This document shows, piece by piece, positions 12,238 to 22,988 of a stretch of DNA of 64,000 nt. The notes under the pieces were generated by a model, which saw nothing but the letters and a program-made list of their open reading frames with translations, made no database searches and was not told the origin of the DNA. Every line of letters begins with the position of its first letter. Positions within the stretch are counted from its first letter, which is position 1. Location: the NCBI GenBank assembly GCA_963422205.2, contig CAXMWX010000011.1:64001-128000 (forward strand), in the 5' to 3' direction. The position numbers and the translations under genes were made by a program. Origin of the DNA: Gammaproteobacteria bacterium (lineage in GTDB: Bacteria > Pseudomonadota > Gammaproteobacteria > Eutrophobiales > Eutrophobiaceae).

Positions 12238-14550
12238 TTAAAATGATGAACCGAAGGTAAACTGGAACGGTTGGGTCTCATCGCCCAACTGCTCGCCTAT
12301 GGGCCTGGCAATACTGATACTGACCAGCCCGAATGGTGATACCCAGATAGCACTGATACCCGCGGAATGCCGCAAACTGCCAAGACTGAAAGAATCGCCT
12401 TCGCCATACACATTGCCGGTATCAAAAAATGCAGCAAACCTGACCTGCTTGAACTCTCGCAGGAATGGTACTGGAAAAATCAATTCCGCACCACCGATAA
12501 CCCTGATATTACCCCCCAGCGGCCGGCGGAACGAATCCCGTGGCCCCAAGGTATTCTCTTCATAACCCCGCACCGAACGCGGACCGCCGGCATAGAAGTG
12601 TTCGAAAAACGGCAGTCGGTCAGCACCAAACAACCCATCGCCATAGCCGAAATCGCCCTTCAGCGAGAAGATAAAATCACTGAACAGCGGATAGAACCAC
12701 TGCGTCCGGTAGCCTATTTTGAAAAACTCCAGCGAATCGCCAACCGCGGGCAGGGCAAACTCCGCACTGAGCCTGTGCTGTATGCCCCGATCTGGCAGGA
12801 TGGCCCGATTGCGGGTATCGTATGTATAAGCGGCTGTCAATCTGAAAATATCAAATTCGCTGCCTTCCCGGTCAATAAAATCCCTGACCTCTCGGGCAAA
12901 GCGGCCGTCCTCGGACAGCCTGGTATTCTCATACCCCAGAGAGACAAAGACCGAGTTATATTCCGATATGGGAATGCCATAATTGACCGATGCCCCAAGC
13001 ACCCGGCTGTCAAAGGCCGTGACGTTGGCATTAAATGCCCGGGTCTCCTGGTAGTTAAAATTAAACCCCCGGCTGATGCCGTCAGTAGTGTAGTAAGGGT
13101 TCAGATAACCGACCGAAAACCGCCTGTTGACCTCGCTATTGTTGAATGCAAATTGAATCCGCTTGCCTGAGCCTAAAAAGTTATCCTGCGTGATGCTGGT
13201 TTGTATTATCAGGCCCTGGCTTTGCGAGAAACCCAAACCGGCCAGAAAATTGCCAAACGCCCGCTCGCTGACGGTGTAGTTGACATCCACCAGATCAGCC
13301 GAGCCGGGCACGGCGGGTGTTTCCACATCCACCTCTTCGAAATACCCCAATCTTTGCAGCCTGATCTTGCCGCGCTCTACCTGCGGTGTGGCTATCCAGC
13401 CGCTTTCCTGTTGGCGCATCTCGCGCCGTAACACCTCATCACGGGTACGTTTATTCCCGGAAAAATTCACCCGGCGCACATACACCCGCTTGCCCGGATC
13501 AACAAAGAAGGTCAATGTCACTGTCTTCTCCTCCTCATTGATATCAGGAATGGAATTGACGTTCGCAAACGCATAGCCCTCATTGCCCAGCCGATCGGTC
13601 ATCCAAGTGCTGCTGTCGGTGATCTGCTTGCGGGAGAACAGGCTGCCCTGCCTGACGCTGACCAGCCTGAACAAGTCCTCTTCCGGGACGATAAGCTCAC
13701 CGGCGAGCCGGACTGCAGCGATGGTGTACTGCTCGCCCTCGGTAATATTTATCGTGACATAAATGTCTTTTTTATCGGGCGTAATAGAGACCTGGGTGGA
13801 ATCAATGCTGAAATTAATAAACCCGTTATCCAGATAAAACGACCGCAGGGTTTCAAGATCGCCGGACAGTTTTTGCCGTGAGTATTGATCCTTCTTGGAG
13901 AAAAACGAGAATAAGGTCGGCCCGGATAATTCAAAATCTTTCAACAGACGTTTTTCGGGATAGGCTTTATTGCCGACGATGTTTATCTGTTTGATCTTTG
14001 CCGCTTTGCCCTCAGAGACCTCGATAAAAACAGACACCCGATTATTCGCCAGCGGCGTGATTTCTGATGTTATCTTGACCGCATACTTGCCCGCCGAGAA
14101 ATACTGCCTTTGCAATTCTCGCTCCAGCCGGTCAAGCTGGGATTGATCGAACACTCGGCCGACAGCAAAGCCCACCTGCTTCAGCCCGTCCAGCAGGTCA
14201 TCGGTTTTGATGTCCTTATTGCCGGTGATTTCAATCCCGCCGATGGCCGCACGCTCTTTCAGCACAACCACCAGGATATTGCCATCCCGCTCCAGCCGAA
14301 CATCATCAAAAAACCCGGTCTTGAACAAGGCGCTGACCGATTCTGTGGATAATTTATCGGAAAACCTGTCCCCGACTTCAACCGGCAGGTAGTTAAATAC
14401 GGTGCCGGGCGTTAGCCTCTGCAAGCCCTCCACACGGATGTCTTCGATAATAAATCCCTGAACAGAGCCTTGATCTGCAAATGACGGCAATGCCGATGAG
14501 AGGAGAAGTATATAGAGTGACTTATGAAGAATGCGTTTTAAGCTCGTCAT
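12238..14550 (-). CDS. bamA: Outer membrane protein assembly factor BamA
   Basis: POTRA repeats (IEDIRVEGLQR, TRDEVLRRE), SVRGY motif, C-terminal FQFTFGSSF. Confidence 0.98.
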   Translation of the reverse strand: MTSLKRILHKSLYILLLSSALPSFADQGSVQGFIIEDIRVEGLQRLTPGTVFNYLPVEVGDRFSDKLSTESVSALFKTGFFDDVRLERDGNILVVVLKERAAIGGIEITGNKDIKTDDLLDGLKQVGFAVGRVFDQSQLDRLERELQRQYFSAGKYAVKITSEITPLANNRVSVFIEVSEGKAAKIKQINIVGNKAYPEKRLLKDFELSGPTLFSFFSKKDQYSRQKLSGDLETLRSFYLDNGFINFSIDSTQVSITPDKKDIYVTINITEGEQYTIAAVRLAGELIVPEEDLFRLVSVRQGSLFSRKQITDSSTWMTDRLGNEGYAFANVNSIPDINEEEKTVTLTFFVDPGKRVYVRRVNFSGNKRTRDEVLRREMRQQESGWIATPQVERGKIRLQRLGYFEEVDVETPAVPGSADLVDVNYTVSERAFGNFLAGLGFSQSQGLIIQTSITQDNFLGSGKRIQFAFNNSEVNRRFSVGYLNPYYTTDGISRGFNFNYQETRAFNANVTAFDSRVLGASVNYGIPISEYNSVFVSLGYENTRLSEDGRFAREVRDFIDREGSEFDIFRLTAAYTYDTRNRAILPDRGIQHRLSAEFALPAVGDSLEFFKIGYRTQWFYPLFSDFIFSLKGDFGYGDGLFGADRLPFFEHFYAGGPRSVRGYEENTLGPRDSFRRPLGGNIRVIGGAELIFPVPFLREFKQVRFAAFFDTGNVYGEGDSFSLGSLRHSAGISAIWVSPFGLVSISIARPIGEQLGDETQPFQFTFGSSF

Positions 14551-14576
14551 TATAATGCAATTATAGCTGATTTTCT

Positions 14577-15953
14577 TTATTCAACCAAGCGCAAAATGTC
14601 ATTATAAAATGCCAGGCTCATCAAGCCGAACAACACCACGATGCCGACCTGCTGTCCGATCAACTGCACATCATCTGAGACCGGGCTGCCTTTGACAAAC
14701 TCAATCGCATAGTAAAACAAATGCCCGCCATCCAGGAGCGGAATGGGCAGCAGGTTCAACACGCCCAGGCCGATGCTGATGATGGCGAGAAAACCAAGGA
14801 AGGCAACCAGCCCAAGCTGGGCGGTTTTACCGGCATAGTGTGCGATGCTGATCGGCCCGCTCAAATTTTTAACCGAGGCCTGGCCGGTCAGTATCTTGCC
14901 TAAAATTCGCAGCGTCATCATCGACATCTCACCGGTCTTGACCACCCCCCGCTTCAGCGCCGGCAACAGGGCATAAGACTCGGTCGCCACCAGGCTGGCA
15001 TCCAGCGTGAATGGCGCAGGAGCAACACCGGCAAAGCCCTTGACTGCCCCATTCTCCAGCCGCCGCTCAGCCGGCGTGATCGTGATATCGAGATACGCCT
15101 GATCGCGTTTGATCGTCATGGCAACTGGCTGCCTGGCCGCCCCTTGAATCACCTCGACAAACTCCGCCCAGTCGCCAACAGGACGACCGGCGACCGCCAC
15201 AATCTCATCACCCGGCTGCAAGCCCGCAGCCTCAGCCGCCTGACCGGGCACCAGTTTGCCGATGATGGCCGGAACCGGCGCTCGCAGCGGTTGCAGACCA
15301 AGGCGGCCTAACAGATCACCGTCCGCCATGGCATCAATGCTGATCTGGCTTAATGCAAGCGAAGCCTGTCGGCTCACCCCCCCCACGCTCCGTGCATCCT
15401 GCAATTCAAGCTCGACCGGCGCGCCGGCGATGATCTTGCCGATGAGTATGTCAACCACACTGTTCCAGGTGGCGGTTTTAACGCCGTCAATGCCGATGAT
15501 CTGCTCACCGGCGATGATACCGGCCGCCGCTGCTGGCGTATTCCCTGGCACAGCACCGATGATCGGCTTCATGCCGGTCACACCGAGCATAAAGGCCAGC
15601 CAGTACGCCACGATTGCAAAGATGAAGTTGAACAGAGGCCCGGCCGAGACAATAGCCACTCGCTGGGCCAAGGATTTGTTATTGAATGCCCGGGGTAACT
15701 CATCGGCATCCACAGACCCCTCTCGCTCATCCAGCATCTTGACATACCCGCCCAGAGGGATGGCGGCCAGGACAAATTCGGTGTTATCAGGGCCGGAGAC
15801 CCTGCGCCACAGCGGCCTGCCAAAGCCGATTGAGAACCGCAGAATTTTTACCCCGCATCTCTTTGCAACCCAGTAATGGCCGAACTCATGGAAGGTGATC
15901 AACACCCCCAGGGCAACCGTAAATGCCAGGATACTTTGCAAAATATCACCCAT
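14577..15953 (-). CDS. rseP: RIP metalloprotease RseP
   Basis: [20 protein letters not shown], two PDZ domains, [12 protein letters not shown]. Start reassigned to ATG at 15953. Confidence 0.96.
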   Translation of the reverse strand: MGDILQSILAFTVALGVLITFHEFGHYWVAKRCGVKILRFSIGFGRPLWRRVSGPDNTEFVLAAIPLGGYVKMLDEREGSVDADELPRAFNNKSLAQRVAIVSAGPLFNFIFAIVAYWLAFMLGVTGMKPIIGAVPGNTPAAAAGIIAGEQIIGIDGVKTATWNSVVDILIGKIIAGAPVELELQDARSVGGVSRQASLALSQISIDAMADGDLLGRLGLQPLRAPVPAIIGKLVPGQAAEAAGLQPGDEIVAVAGRPVGDWAEFVEVIQGAARQPVAMTIKRDQAYLDITITPAERRLENGAVKGFAGVAPAPFTLDASLVATESYALLPALKRGVVKTGEMSMMTLRILGKILTGQASVKNLSGPISIAHYAGKTAQLGLVAFLGFLAIISIGLGVLNLLPIPLLDGGHLFYYAIEFVKGSPVSDDVQLIGQQVGIVVLFGLMSLAFYNDILRLVE

Positions 15954-17127
15954 GGCTGTACTCCCCGACCCGCTGTTTGGCATAGTCACGTGCGGCCGCA
16001 TCAGCCGCCAGCACACCTGCCAGTGAATCCGCCTCGCTGCTTTGCACGGCCTCCAGGGTGCGCTCAACCAGCACCGGAATATCGGTAAATTTAAGGTGAT
16101 TTTCCAGGAAATGCTGCACCGCCACTTCATTGGCGGCGTTCAATATCGCAGTGGCTGTACCGCCGGCATTCATGGCCTGCCTTGCCAGATCAAGACAAGG
16201 GAAGCGGTTGGGATCAACCTGCTCAAAATCCAGCCGCCCAACGGCAGGCAATGCCAGCCCGCTCACCCCCGATGTCATCCTCGCCGGCCAGGCCAAGGCG
16301 TATGCTATCGGTGTACGCATATCCGGGTTACCCAACTGTGCCAGGACCGAACCATCGGCATACTCTACCAGAGAATGCACCAGGCTTTGCGGATGAATAA
16401 CCACTTCGATGTGTTCTGTGCTGGTGTTGAACAACCAGCAGGCTTCTATTAACTCCAGCCCCTTGTTCATCATCGTTGCCGAATCAACGGATATTTTTCT
16501 GCCCATCTCCCAGTTAGGATGGGCGCAGGCCTCAGCCGGCGTTACCGTCCCCAACTCGGCCACCGGCCGGCATCTGAATGGCCCACCGGAGGCCGTCAGC
16601 ACGATGCGTCTGACACCATTTTGCTGCAAATTGCCCGAAAAATCAGGCGGCAGACATTGAAAAATCGCATTATGTTCACTGTCTATCGGCAGCAACTCGG
16701 CCTGATTCTCCTTAACGGCATCCATGAACAGCCTGCCGGACATCACCAGTGCCTCTTTGTTAGCCAGCAACACCCGTTTACCCGCCTTGACAGCCGCCAG
16801 CGTGGGCAACAAACCCGCCGCCCCGACAATGGCGGCCATCACATAATCCGATGCGGCATGAATCGCCACCTGTTCCAACCCCTCCCGACCGGCCAGCACC
16901 TCAACATTGACCGCCGCCGCAAGGCGTTGCTGTAGCCTCTCGGCACAGTCTGCATCGGCCATGACCGCCATCCTCGGCTGCCATTGAAGACACTGCTGAT
17001 ACAGGCCCTCGACATTGGTGTTGGCCGTCAGGGCGATCACATCAAATCGCTCCGGGTGTCTGGCGATAACGTCCAGCGTGCTGCGGCCAATACTGCCCGT
17101 AGCGCCTAAAATGGTGACCCCGGTCAT
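15946..17127 (-). CDS. dxr: 1-deoxy-D-xylulose-5-phosphate reductoisomerase
   Basis: [53 protein letters not shown] at 17127 overlaps the cdsA stop. Confidence 0.98.
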   Translation of the reverse strand: MTGVTILGATGSIGRSTLDVIARHPERFDVIALTANTNVEGLYQQCLQWQPRMAVMADADCAERLQQRLAAAVNVEVLAGREGLEQVAIHAASDYVMAAIVGAAGLLPTLAAVKAGKRVLLANKEALVMSGRLFMDAVKENQAELLPIDSEHNAIFQCLPPDFSGNLQQNGVRRIVLTASGGPFRCRPVAELGTVTPAEACAHPNWEMGRKISVDSATMMNKGLELIEACWLFNTSTEHIEVVIHPQSLVHSLVEYADGSVLAQLGNPDMRTPIAYALAWPARMTSGVSGLALPAVGRLDFEQVDPNRFPCLDLARQAMNAGGTATAILNAANEVAVQHFLENHLKFTDIPVLVERTLEAVQSSEADSLAGVLAADAAARDYAKQRVGEYSHG

Positions 17128-17939
17128 CAGGTATAACCTATTAACATTAACCAGGCCCCGCAAAAAAACACCGGGGCGGCGGCCAGCAGGCTGTCCAGCC
17201 GGTCAAGCAGACCCCCATGCCCGGGCAACAGGCGGCCACTGTCCTTGATGCCGGCATGGCGCTTGAGCAGGCTGACTGTCAAGTCGCCGACAACCGACAT
17301 GCCGGTGGTGATGAGCGTGAGCATGAGCAATAGCAGCAGTTGCTGTCTTTCCAGATGCAGATAGCCGCCGCAGGCCAGGGCCAGGATGGTGGTCATGACC
17401 AGCGAACCATACACCCCTTCCCGGGTCTTCCCCGGGCTGATCCTGCTGGCCAGTGCCCGCTTCCCCCATCGCCTGCCACAAAAATACGCCGCAATGTCCG
17501 CCGTCCACACCACCAGCAGCAGATATAACAGGATGGTAGGCCAAACCGCATGTAATAACACCAGACTGAGCCAGGCGGCGTGTAACAGGATCAAACCCGC
17601 CAGCAGCTGCACCGCCCGCCGGCCTAAAAACCGCCGCCATGGTGCCGGAAAAGCCAACCCAATCGTAGCCGCCAGCCAGAAGCCCACCGCCGCCAGCACG
17701 ATGGGCTTTCGTATCTCCATGACAGGTAATAAACTGGCCAGCATCAGCAGCAGCAATGTACATAGATAGGCACTTTTTTTATATCCATCGTGCAACCCAA
17801 TCAAGCCCTGCCATTCCCACAGGGCCAGTAGCATAATCAGGCCGGCAGCAACGGCAAAGACCGGCAAGGGGGCATACAGCACGGTCAGCACCGTGACCGG
17901 CATCAACACCATGGCTGTTAGCACCCGTTGCCTTAGCAT
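17127..17939 (-). CDS. cdsA: Phosphatidate cytidylyltransferase
   Basis: MLRQRVLTA start, [28 protein letters not shown]. Confidence 0.96.
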   Translation of the reverse strand: MLRQRVLTAMVLMPVTVLTVLYAPLPVFAVAAGLIMLLALWEWQGLIGLHDGYKKSAYLCTLLLLMLASLLPVMEIRKPIVLAAVGFWLAATIGLAFPAPWRRFLGRRAVQLLAGLILLHAAWLSLVLLHAVWPTILLYLLLVVWTADIAAYFCGRRWGKRALASRISPGKTREGVYGSLVMTTILALACGGYLHLERQQLLLLLMLTLITTGMSVVGDLTVSLLKRHAGIKDSGRLLPGHGGLLDRLDSLLAAAPVFFCGAWLMLIGYT

Positions 17940-17946
17940 ACCCTCA

Positions 17947-18684
17947 TCATCCCTGCTTGCACAGGCGGCCAAAGCGCCTGTTCCGACCGGCATACCAGGC
18001 CAATGCCTTATCCAGCGCCTGCTCGTTGAAATCCGGCCAGAACAGATCGGTAAAATACAATTCGCTGTACGCTAACTGCCAGAGCAGGAAGTTACTGATC
18101 CGCTGCTCGCCGCCGGTTCGGATGAACAGATCGGGAGCACGGGTGAAGCGGTTTTTTATCCGACTATCTATCAGCATCTCCGTGATGGCGTCCGGTTGCA
18201 GGCCGCCCGTGTGAACCTCCTCGGCAAGCTCCCGGCAAATGCGACTGATCTCCCAGCGACCGCCGTAATTCACCGCAACAACAAGATGCAGCCCGTCATT
18301 ATTTTTTGTCTTATTCTCGGCGGCAGCAATCGATTGTTGCAGCTTGTCGGGGAAGGCGGCGGTATCGCCGATAAAGCCCAGATGCACGTTGTTATCATCC
18401 AGACGATCGACCTCCTCATCCAGCGCGGTCAGAAACAAGCCCAGCAGAAAATCCACTTCCGTGCTGGGTCTTTGCCAGTTCTCCCGGCTGAAGGCATAGA
18501 CTGTCAGGGTGGCAATCTCCTTTTTCACGCAGTGCATCACGGTATCGCGCAAGGCCGTGACCCCGGCCTTATGCCCCACCGATCGTGGCAACCCTTTGGC
18601 TTTGGCCCAGCGACCATTGCCGTCCATGATAATGGCAATGTGGCCGGGACGTGGCTGCCCGCCCGTGTGATTTACACCATCCAC
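17947..18684 (-). CDS. uppS: Undecaprenyl diphosphate synthase (start codon uncertain)
   Basis: HIAIIMDGNGRWA, YAFSRENWQRP, NYGGR, DLFIRTGGEQRISNFLLWQ. Confidence 0.95.
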   Translation of the reverse strand: MDGVNHTGGQPRPGHIAIIMDGNGRWAKAKGLPRSVGHKAGVTALRDTVMHCVKKEIATLTVYAFSRENWQRPSTEVDFLLGLFLTALDEEVDRLDDNNVHLGFIGDTAAFPDKLQQSIAAAENKTKNNDGLHLVVAVNYGGRWEISRICRELAEEVHTGGLQPDAITEMLIDSRIKNRFTRAPDLFIRTGGEQRISNFLLWQLAYSELYFTDLFWPDFNEQALDKALAWYAGRNRRFGRLCKQG

Positions 18685-18742
18685 AGTATGCTGTCTGTAC
18701 ACGCTGCTGCCGTACTGCGCCGCCGTTTGCCAACCGACCGGC

Positions 18743-19300
18743 TCAAATCTCCATGAGCTCTTTTTCTTTATCCGCCAGAATCTGCTCCACGGCTTTGATG
18801 CGTGCATCCGTGATGGCCTGGATCTGCTCTTCGTTGCGGCGTGCATCATCCTCGGTCATCCGCTTCGCCTTGATCTCTTCCTTCAAATGGCTGTTGGCAT
18901 CACGGCGTATATTCCTGATGGCCACCCTGGCCTTCTCGGCCTCAGCACGCACGATTCGGGTCAACGCTTTCCTTCGCTCTTCGGTAAGCGGCGGTAAGGG
19001 GATTCGGATACTCTCGCCCGACGTCACCGGGTTGAAGCCCAGATCAGCATGTAAAATCGCCTTCTCAATCGCTGGGATCATGCTTTTATCCCACGGGCTG
19101 ATGCTGAGCGTACGGGCATCTGCCGCATGAATATTGGCCGCCTGATTGAGCGGTACATCGCTGCCGTAATAGTTCACCTGAACTGATTCCAGCAAGGCCG
19201 GATGAGCGCGTCCGGTACGCACCCTGGCTAATTCCGCCCGCAATGAATCAATCGATTTTCCCATTCGCCGGTCGGCATCATCAATCACATCCCGGGACAT
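18743..19300 (-). CDS. frr: Ribosome recycling factor
   Basis: RTGRAHP, PPLTEERRK, RVAIRNIRRDAN, KEKELMEI. ATG at 19300 follows an AAGGAG RBS. Confidence 0.97.
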   Translation of the reverse strand: MSRDVIDDADRRMGKSIDSLRAELARVRTGRAHPALLESVQVNYYGSDVPLNQAANIHAADARTLSISPWDKSMIPAIEKAILHADLGFNPVTSGESIRIPLPPLTEERRKALTRIVRAEAEKARVAIRNIRRDANSHLKEEIKAKRMTEDDARRNEEQIQAITDARIKAVEQILADKEKELMEI

Positions 19301-19313
19301 CTCATCATCTCCT

Positions 19314-20039
19314 TTACGCATTCACCAGCGTACCCTCATCATAACCGAGGGCAACCCGCAGCAAGGCGCCCGGCTGCATCATGTCCAGCACCCGGAGCGG
19401 CATCTGATTATCACGACACAAGACAACGGCTGTGGTATCCATCACCGCCAGTTTTCTTTCAATCACCTCATCATAGCCCAGCTTCTCATAACGCCTGGCG
19501 TACGGATCGCTGATCGGATCAGAGGAGTATATGCCATCCACCTTGGTGGCCTTGATCAACACTTCCGCATTGATCTCCACAGCACGCAGGCTGGCGGCAG
19601 AGTCCGTGGTAAAAAACGGATTACCGGTGCCGGCGGCAAATATCACCACCCGGCCTTTTTCCAGGTGCCGGACAGCCCGCCGGCGGATATAATCTTCGCA
19701 GATCTCGTTCACCTTGATGGCCGACATCACCCGGGCAAAAGCACCGCATTGCTCCAGGGCATCCTGCAGGGCCAGGGCGTTCATGATGGTGCCCAGCATA
19801 CCGATATGATCTGCCGTGACCCGCTCAACCCCGGCCGCCGCCAGGCCGGTGCCACGAAAGAAATTGCCCGCCCCGATGACCAGGGCGACTTCGGCGCCCT
19901 GTTTGTTCAGGTTGTATATCTCGCTGGCCAGGCGCTTGATCACAGCTGGCTCTATGCCAAACTCCGCCTCATCCACCAGGGCCTCGCCGCTCAGCTTAAT
20001 CAGGATGCGTTTGTATTGTAATGCCGGCTGTTCTGACAA
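19314..20039 (-). CDS. pyrH: UMP kinase
   Basis: [38 protein letters not shown]. Confidence 0.97.
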   Translation of the reverse strand: MSEQPALQYKRILIKLSGEALVDEAEFGIEPAVIKRLASEIYNLNKQGAEVALVIGAGNFFRGTGLAAAGVERVTADHIGMLGTIMNALALQDALEQCGAFARVMSAIKVNEICEDYIRRRAVRHLEKGRVVIFAAGTGNPFFTTDSAASLRAVEINAEVLIKATKVDGIYSSDPISDPYARRYEKLGYDEVIERKLAVMDTTAVVLCRDNQMPLRVLDMMQPGALLRVALGYDEGTLVNA

Positions 20040-20050
20040 GGCCCTGCCTC

Positions 20051-20953
20051 TTAGCTAATCCCGGCCTGCTGCATGACCTGTTCGGCAAAATTCTCTTCCC
20101 GCCTCTCAAGGCCCTCGCCCACTTCAAATCGGGTAAACGATGTTACGCCGGCGGCATGGCGTTGCAGCAACTCGGCGATGCGAATATCCGGGTCTTTGAC
20201 AAAGGGCTGGCCTGACAAGGTGATCTCCCCGATAAATTTATTAAGACGCCCGGCCACCATTTTTTCAATAATCGCCGCTGGCTTGCCGGATTCTGTCGCC
20301 TGTGCTGTCAGTATCTCCCGCTCTTTCGCCAACAAGGCCGCCGGCACATCGTCTGCTGTCAGGTACAAGGGCCTGCTGGCGGCAATGTGCATGGCCAGGT
20401 CTTTTGCCAACTCCGCATTGTCTGTCGTCAACTCAACCACCACCCCGATACGCCCGGCATGAAGATACGTGCCGAGCACACCGGAGGACGCTGCGCTCAT
20501 CACAGCAAAGCGCCGAATGCTGATGTTCTCACCCACCCGGGCCACCAGCACCTGCCGGGTTTGCTCGATGGTTTTATCTATCTCCTCATCCGGGGCAGTG
20601 ACCACGGCCAGGGCGGACAGGGCTGTCGGATCAGCCGGGGATTCGGCCATGATGGTGGCGGCCACCTGCTCAACAAAGGTACGGAAGTGATCATCGTTTG
20701 CGACAAAATCGGTCTCGGAGTTCACCTCCAGCAGCAGGGCCCGGCGGCCACCCTCAGCCACTTTCAAGGCAATAACCCCTTCGGCGGCCAGCCGCCCGGC
20801 TTTCTTTGCCGCCCTGGCAGTGCCGGATTTTCTCATCGCCTCAATGGCCGCCTCAATATCGCCATCGGTCTCCTGCAAGGCGTTTTTGCAATCCATCATG
20901 CCGGCGCCCGTGCGCTCCCGTAGCACCTTGACCAGGGCCGCACTTATTGCCAT
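20051..20953 (-). CDS. tsf: Elongation factor Ts
   Basis: [38 protein letters not shown]. Confidence 0.98.
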   Translation of the reverse strand: MAISAALVKVLRERTGAGMMDCKNALQETDGDIEAAIEAMRKSGTARAAKKAGRLAAEGVIALKVAEGGRRALLLEVNSETDFVANDDHFRTFVEQVAATIMAESPADPTALSALAVVTAPDEEIDKTIEQTRQVLVARVGENISIRRFAVMSAASSGVLGTYLHAGRIGVVVELTTDNAELAKDLAMHIAASRPLYLTADDVPAALLAKEREILTAQATESGKPAAIIEKMVAGRLNKFIGEITLSGQPFVKDPDIRIAELLQRHAAGVTSFTRFEVGEGLERREENFAEQVMQQAGIS

Positions 20954-20963
20954 GGTTCTCTCC

Positions 20964-21941
20964 TCACTTGGTCTCCTCCTTGCCGGGGGCCTGCCTATCC
21001 TCGGCCATCTGTTTCTCTACGGCTGCTTTTTGGTCTGCCTCTGGCGGGCTGGTGCTTGCCGCTTTGGGGGGGATGGCAGCAGGGGGATCTTCTGCAGGAG
21101 CTGATGCTGCGGTTTTAGCGGCTCTCCCCGCCGGGCCGGTGGGTTTTTTCGTCCGCTTCCGGGTGCTGGCAGGCTTGTTATCGTTATCAACCACCAGATG
21201 CCCCGCTGTATCCATCTCAATAAAATCATCTTTGTGCTTGACATCGGCCAGGTGTGCCACAGAATCACGGCCAGTGAGGATGGCATCGGCAACAGCGGTC
21301 ACATACAAGCGTATGGAGCGTATGGCATCATCGTTGCCTGGAATAACATAATCCACGCCCTTCGTGCTGTTATTGCTGTCCACCACGCCGATGACCGGGA
21401 TATTCAGCTTGTTCGCTTCGCTGACGGCAATATTTTCATAACCCACGTCAATAACAAACAAGGCATCGGGCGCACCTTGCATGTCTTTGATGCCCGATAG
21501 GCTGCGTTCAAGTTTCTCCAGCTCGCGCTTGAACGTCAGCGCTTCTTTTTTGCTCATGCGCTCCATGCTGCCATCGGTCTGCATCTCCTCCAATTCCCGC
21601 AGCCGGTTAATCGACTGCTTGACCGTCTTGTAGTTCGTCAGCAAACCGCCCAGCCAGCGGCGATTGACATAAGGCATCTCACAGCGCTCGGCCTCTTCCC
21701 TGATGATCTGCTGGGCAGCGCGTTTGGTGCCGACCAGCAGGATGGTGCTGCGCTTTGCCGACAGCTTGCTGATGAAGTTCAGCGCCTCTTCAAATAACGG
21801 CAGGGTCTGCTCAAGATTAATGATGTGAATTTTATTGCGCTGGCCGAACAGATAATTGGCCATCATGGGGTTCCAATAACGGGTCTGGTGGCCAAAATGG
21901 ACACCAGCTTCCAGCATATCTCGCATGCTGATCCTGGACAT
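20964..21941 (-). CDS. rpsB: 30S ribosomal protein S2 with long low-complexity C-terminal tail
   Basis: [37 protein letters not shown]. Start at ATG 21941 after GAGGAG. Confidence 0.98.
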   Translation of the reverse strand: MSRISMRDMLEAGVHFGHQTRYWNPMMANYLFGQRNKIHIINLEQTLPLFEEALNFISKLSAKRSTILLVGTKRAAQQIIREEAERCEMPYVNRRWLGGLLTNYKTVKQSINRLRELEEMQTDGSMERMSKKEALTFKRELEKLERSLSGIKDMQGAPDALFVIDVGYENIAVSEANKLNIPVIGVVDSNNSTKGVDYVIPGNDDAIRSIRLYVTAVADAILTGRDSVAHLADVKHKDDFIEMDTAGHLVVDNDNKPASTRKRTKKPTGPAGRAAKTAASAPAEDPPAAIPPKAASTSPPEADQKAAVEKQMAEDRQAPGKEETK

Positions 21942-21957
21942 GGTGATGCTCCTCATC

Positions 21958-22077
21958 GGGTTAAGCCTCCGCATACCCCGACCATTGACCGTTTATGCAC
22001 AGCGGCGACCGGTGTGTCAGCCGCCTGCCCTGCACCAGGCACCCTGATGGCCGGGATGGTGATTCGTATGCGTGTGT
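21958..22077 (-). ncRNA. rpsB 5' leader (t44 / S2 autoregulatory element)
   Basis: Minus strand reads ACACACGCATAC...GGGTGCC...GTATGCGGAGGCTTAACCC, with closing stem CGCATAC/GTATGCG. Matches hallmark segments of the gammaproteobacterial rpsB leader. Confidence 0.8.
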
Positions 22078-22134
22078 ATTTTGTTGGGTTAAAAAAATCC
22101 AGCGACAAAACCAGTCATTGGAATTGCCATAAAT

Positions 22135-22151
22135 GCGGGCGCTTTATACCA
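22135..22151 (-). promoter_or_regulatory. rpsB extended -10 promoter with GC-rich discriminator
   Basis: Minus strand TGGTATAAA-GCGCCCGC, as conserved upstream of rpsB in Gammaproteobacteria. Confidence 0.75.
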
Positions 22152-22220
22152 TAGTTAGCCTGAACCACCAAATTTTTCCTAATTTCTTCATTGGCAAACA
22201 ACAACAGAGCAAACACAAGT

Positions 22221-22988
22221 ATGGCGATTTCCATTAAATCGGCGGCTGACATTGAAAAAATGCGCCAGGCCGGGCGCCTGGCATCTCAGGTGTTAGGCAT
22301 GATCGAACCTTATGTACAGGCCGGATGCAGCACAGACGAACTTGACCGGCTCTGTCATCAGTACATCACGATGGAACTGGAGGCCATCCCGGCACCACTG
22401 AACTACCGAGGCTTCCCCAAATCTATCTGCACCTCGATCAATCATGTGGTATGCCATGGCATTCCGGGCAGCAGAAAACTGAAAAACGGCGACATCATCA
22501 ATATTGACATTACCGTGATCAAGGACGGGTATCATGGCGATACCAGCAAGATGTTCTTTGTGGGTGAGCCGTCAATTCGTGCCAGGCGTCTGGTCAATAC
22601 GGCCTATGAATGTATGCAGCTTGGCATTGGCATGGTCAGGCCGGGCAACCGGCTGGGGGATATTGGTCAGGCCATACAAACCCATGCTGAGCAGAATCAG
22701 TTCTCCATCGTCCGGGAATATTGCGGGCATGGCATAGGCCGGGAATTTCATGAAGACCCGCAAGTCCTGCATTATGGCGAGAGCAACACCGGGGTGGTGC
22801 TGGAGGAGGGCATGACGTTTACCATTGAGCCGATGATCAATGCGGGCAAACGGCATGTCAAACTGTTGCCGGATGACTGGACAGTGGTCACCAAAGACCG
22901 ATCCTTGTCGGCACAGTGGGAACACACGATCCTGGTCACCGCCGATGGCCATGAGGTGCTGACCATGAGGCCGGAAGAGGACGTTTGA
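22221..22988 (+). CDS. map: Methionine aminopeptidase type I
   Basis: SICTSINHVVCHGIP, NIDITV..DGYHGD, GHGIG..FHEDP, FTIEPM, SAQWEHT. Confidence 0.98.
   Translation: MAISIKSAADIEKMRQAGRLASQVLGMIEPYVQAGCSTDELDRLCHQYITMELEAIPAPLNYRGFPKSICTSINHVVCHGIPGSRKLKNGDIINIDITVIKDGYHGDTSKMFFVGEPSIRARRLVNTAYECMQLGIGMVRPGNRLGDIGQAIQTHAEQNQFSIVREYCGHGIGREFHEDPQVLHYGESNTGVVLEEGMTFTIEPMINAGKRHVKLLPDDWTVVTKDRSLSAQWEHTILVTADGHEVLTMRPEEDV

Noticed and set aside
14577-18849. Long overlaps between rseP/dxr, cdsA/uppS and uppS/frr
   Set aside because: Artefacts of longest-ORF start selection; downstream starts give normal protein lengths.
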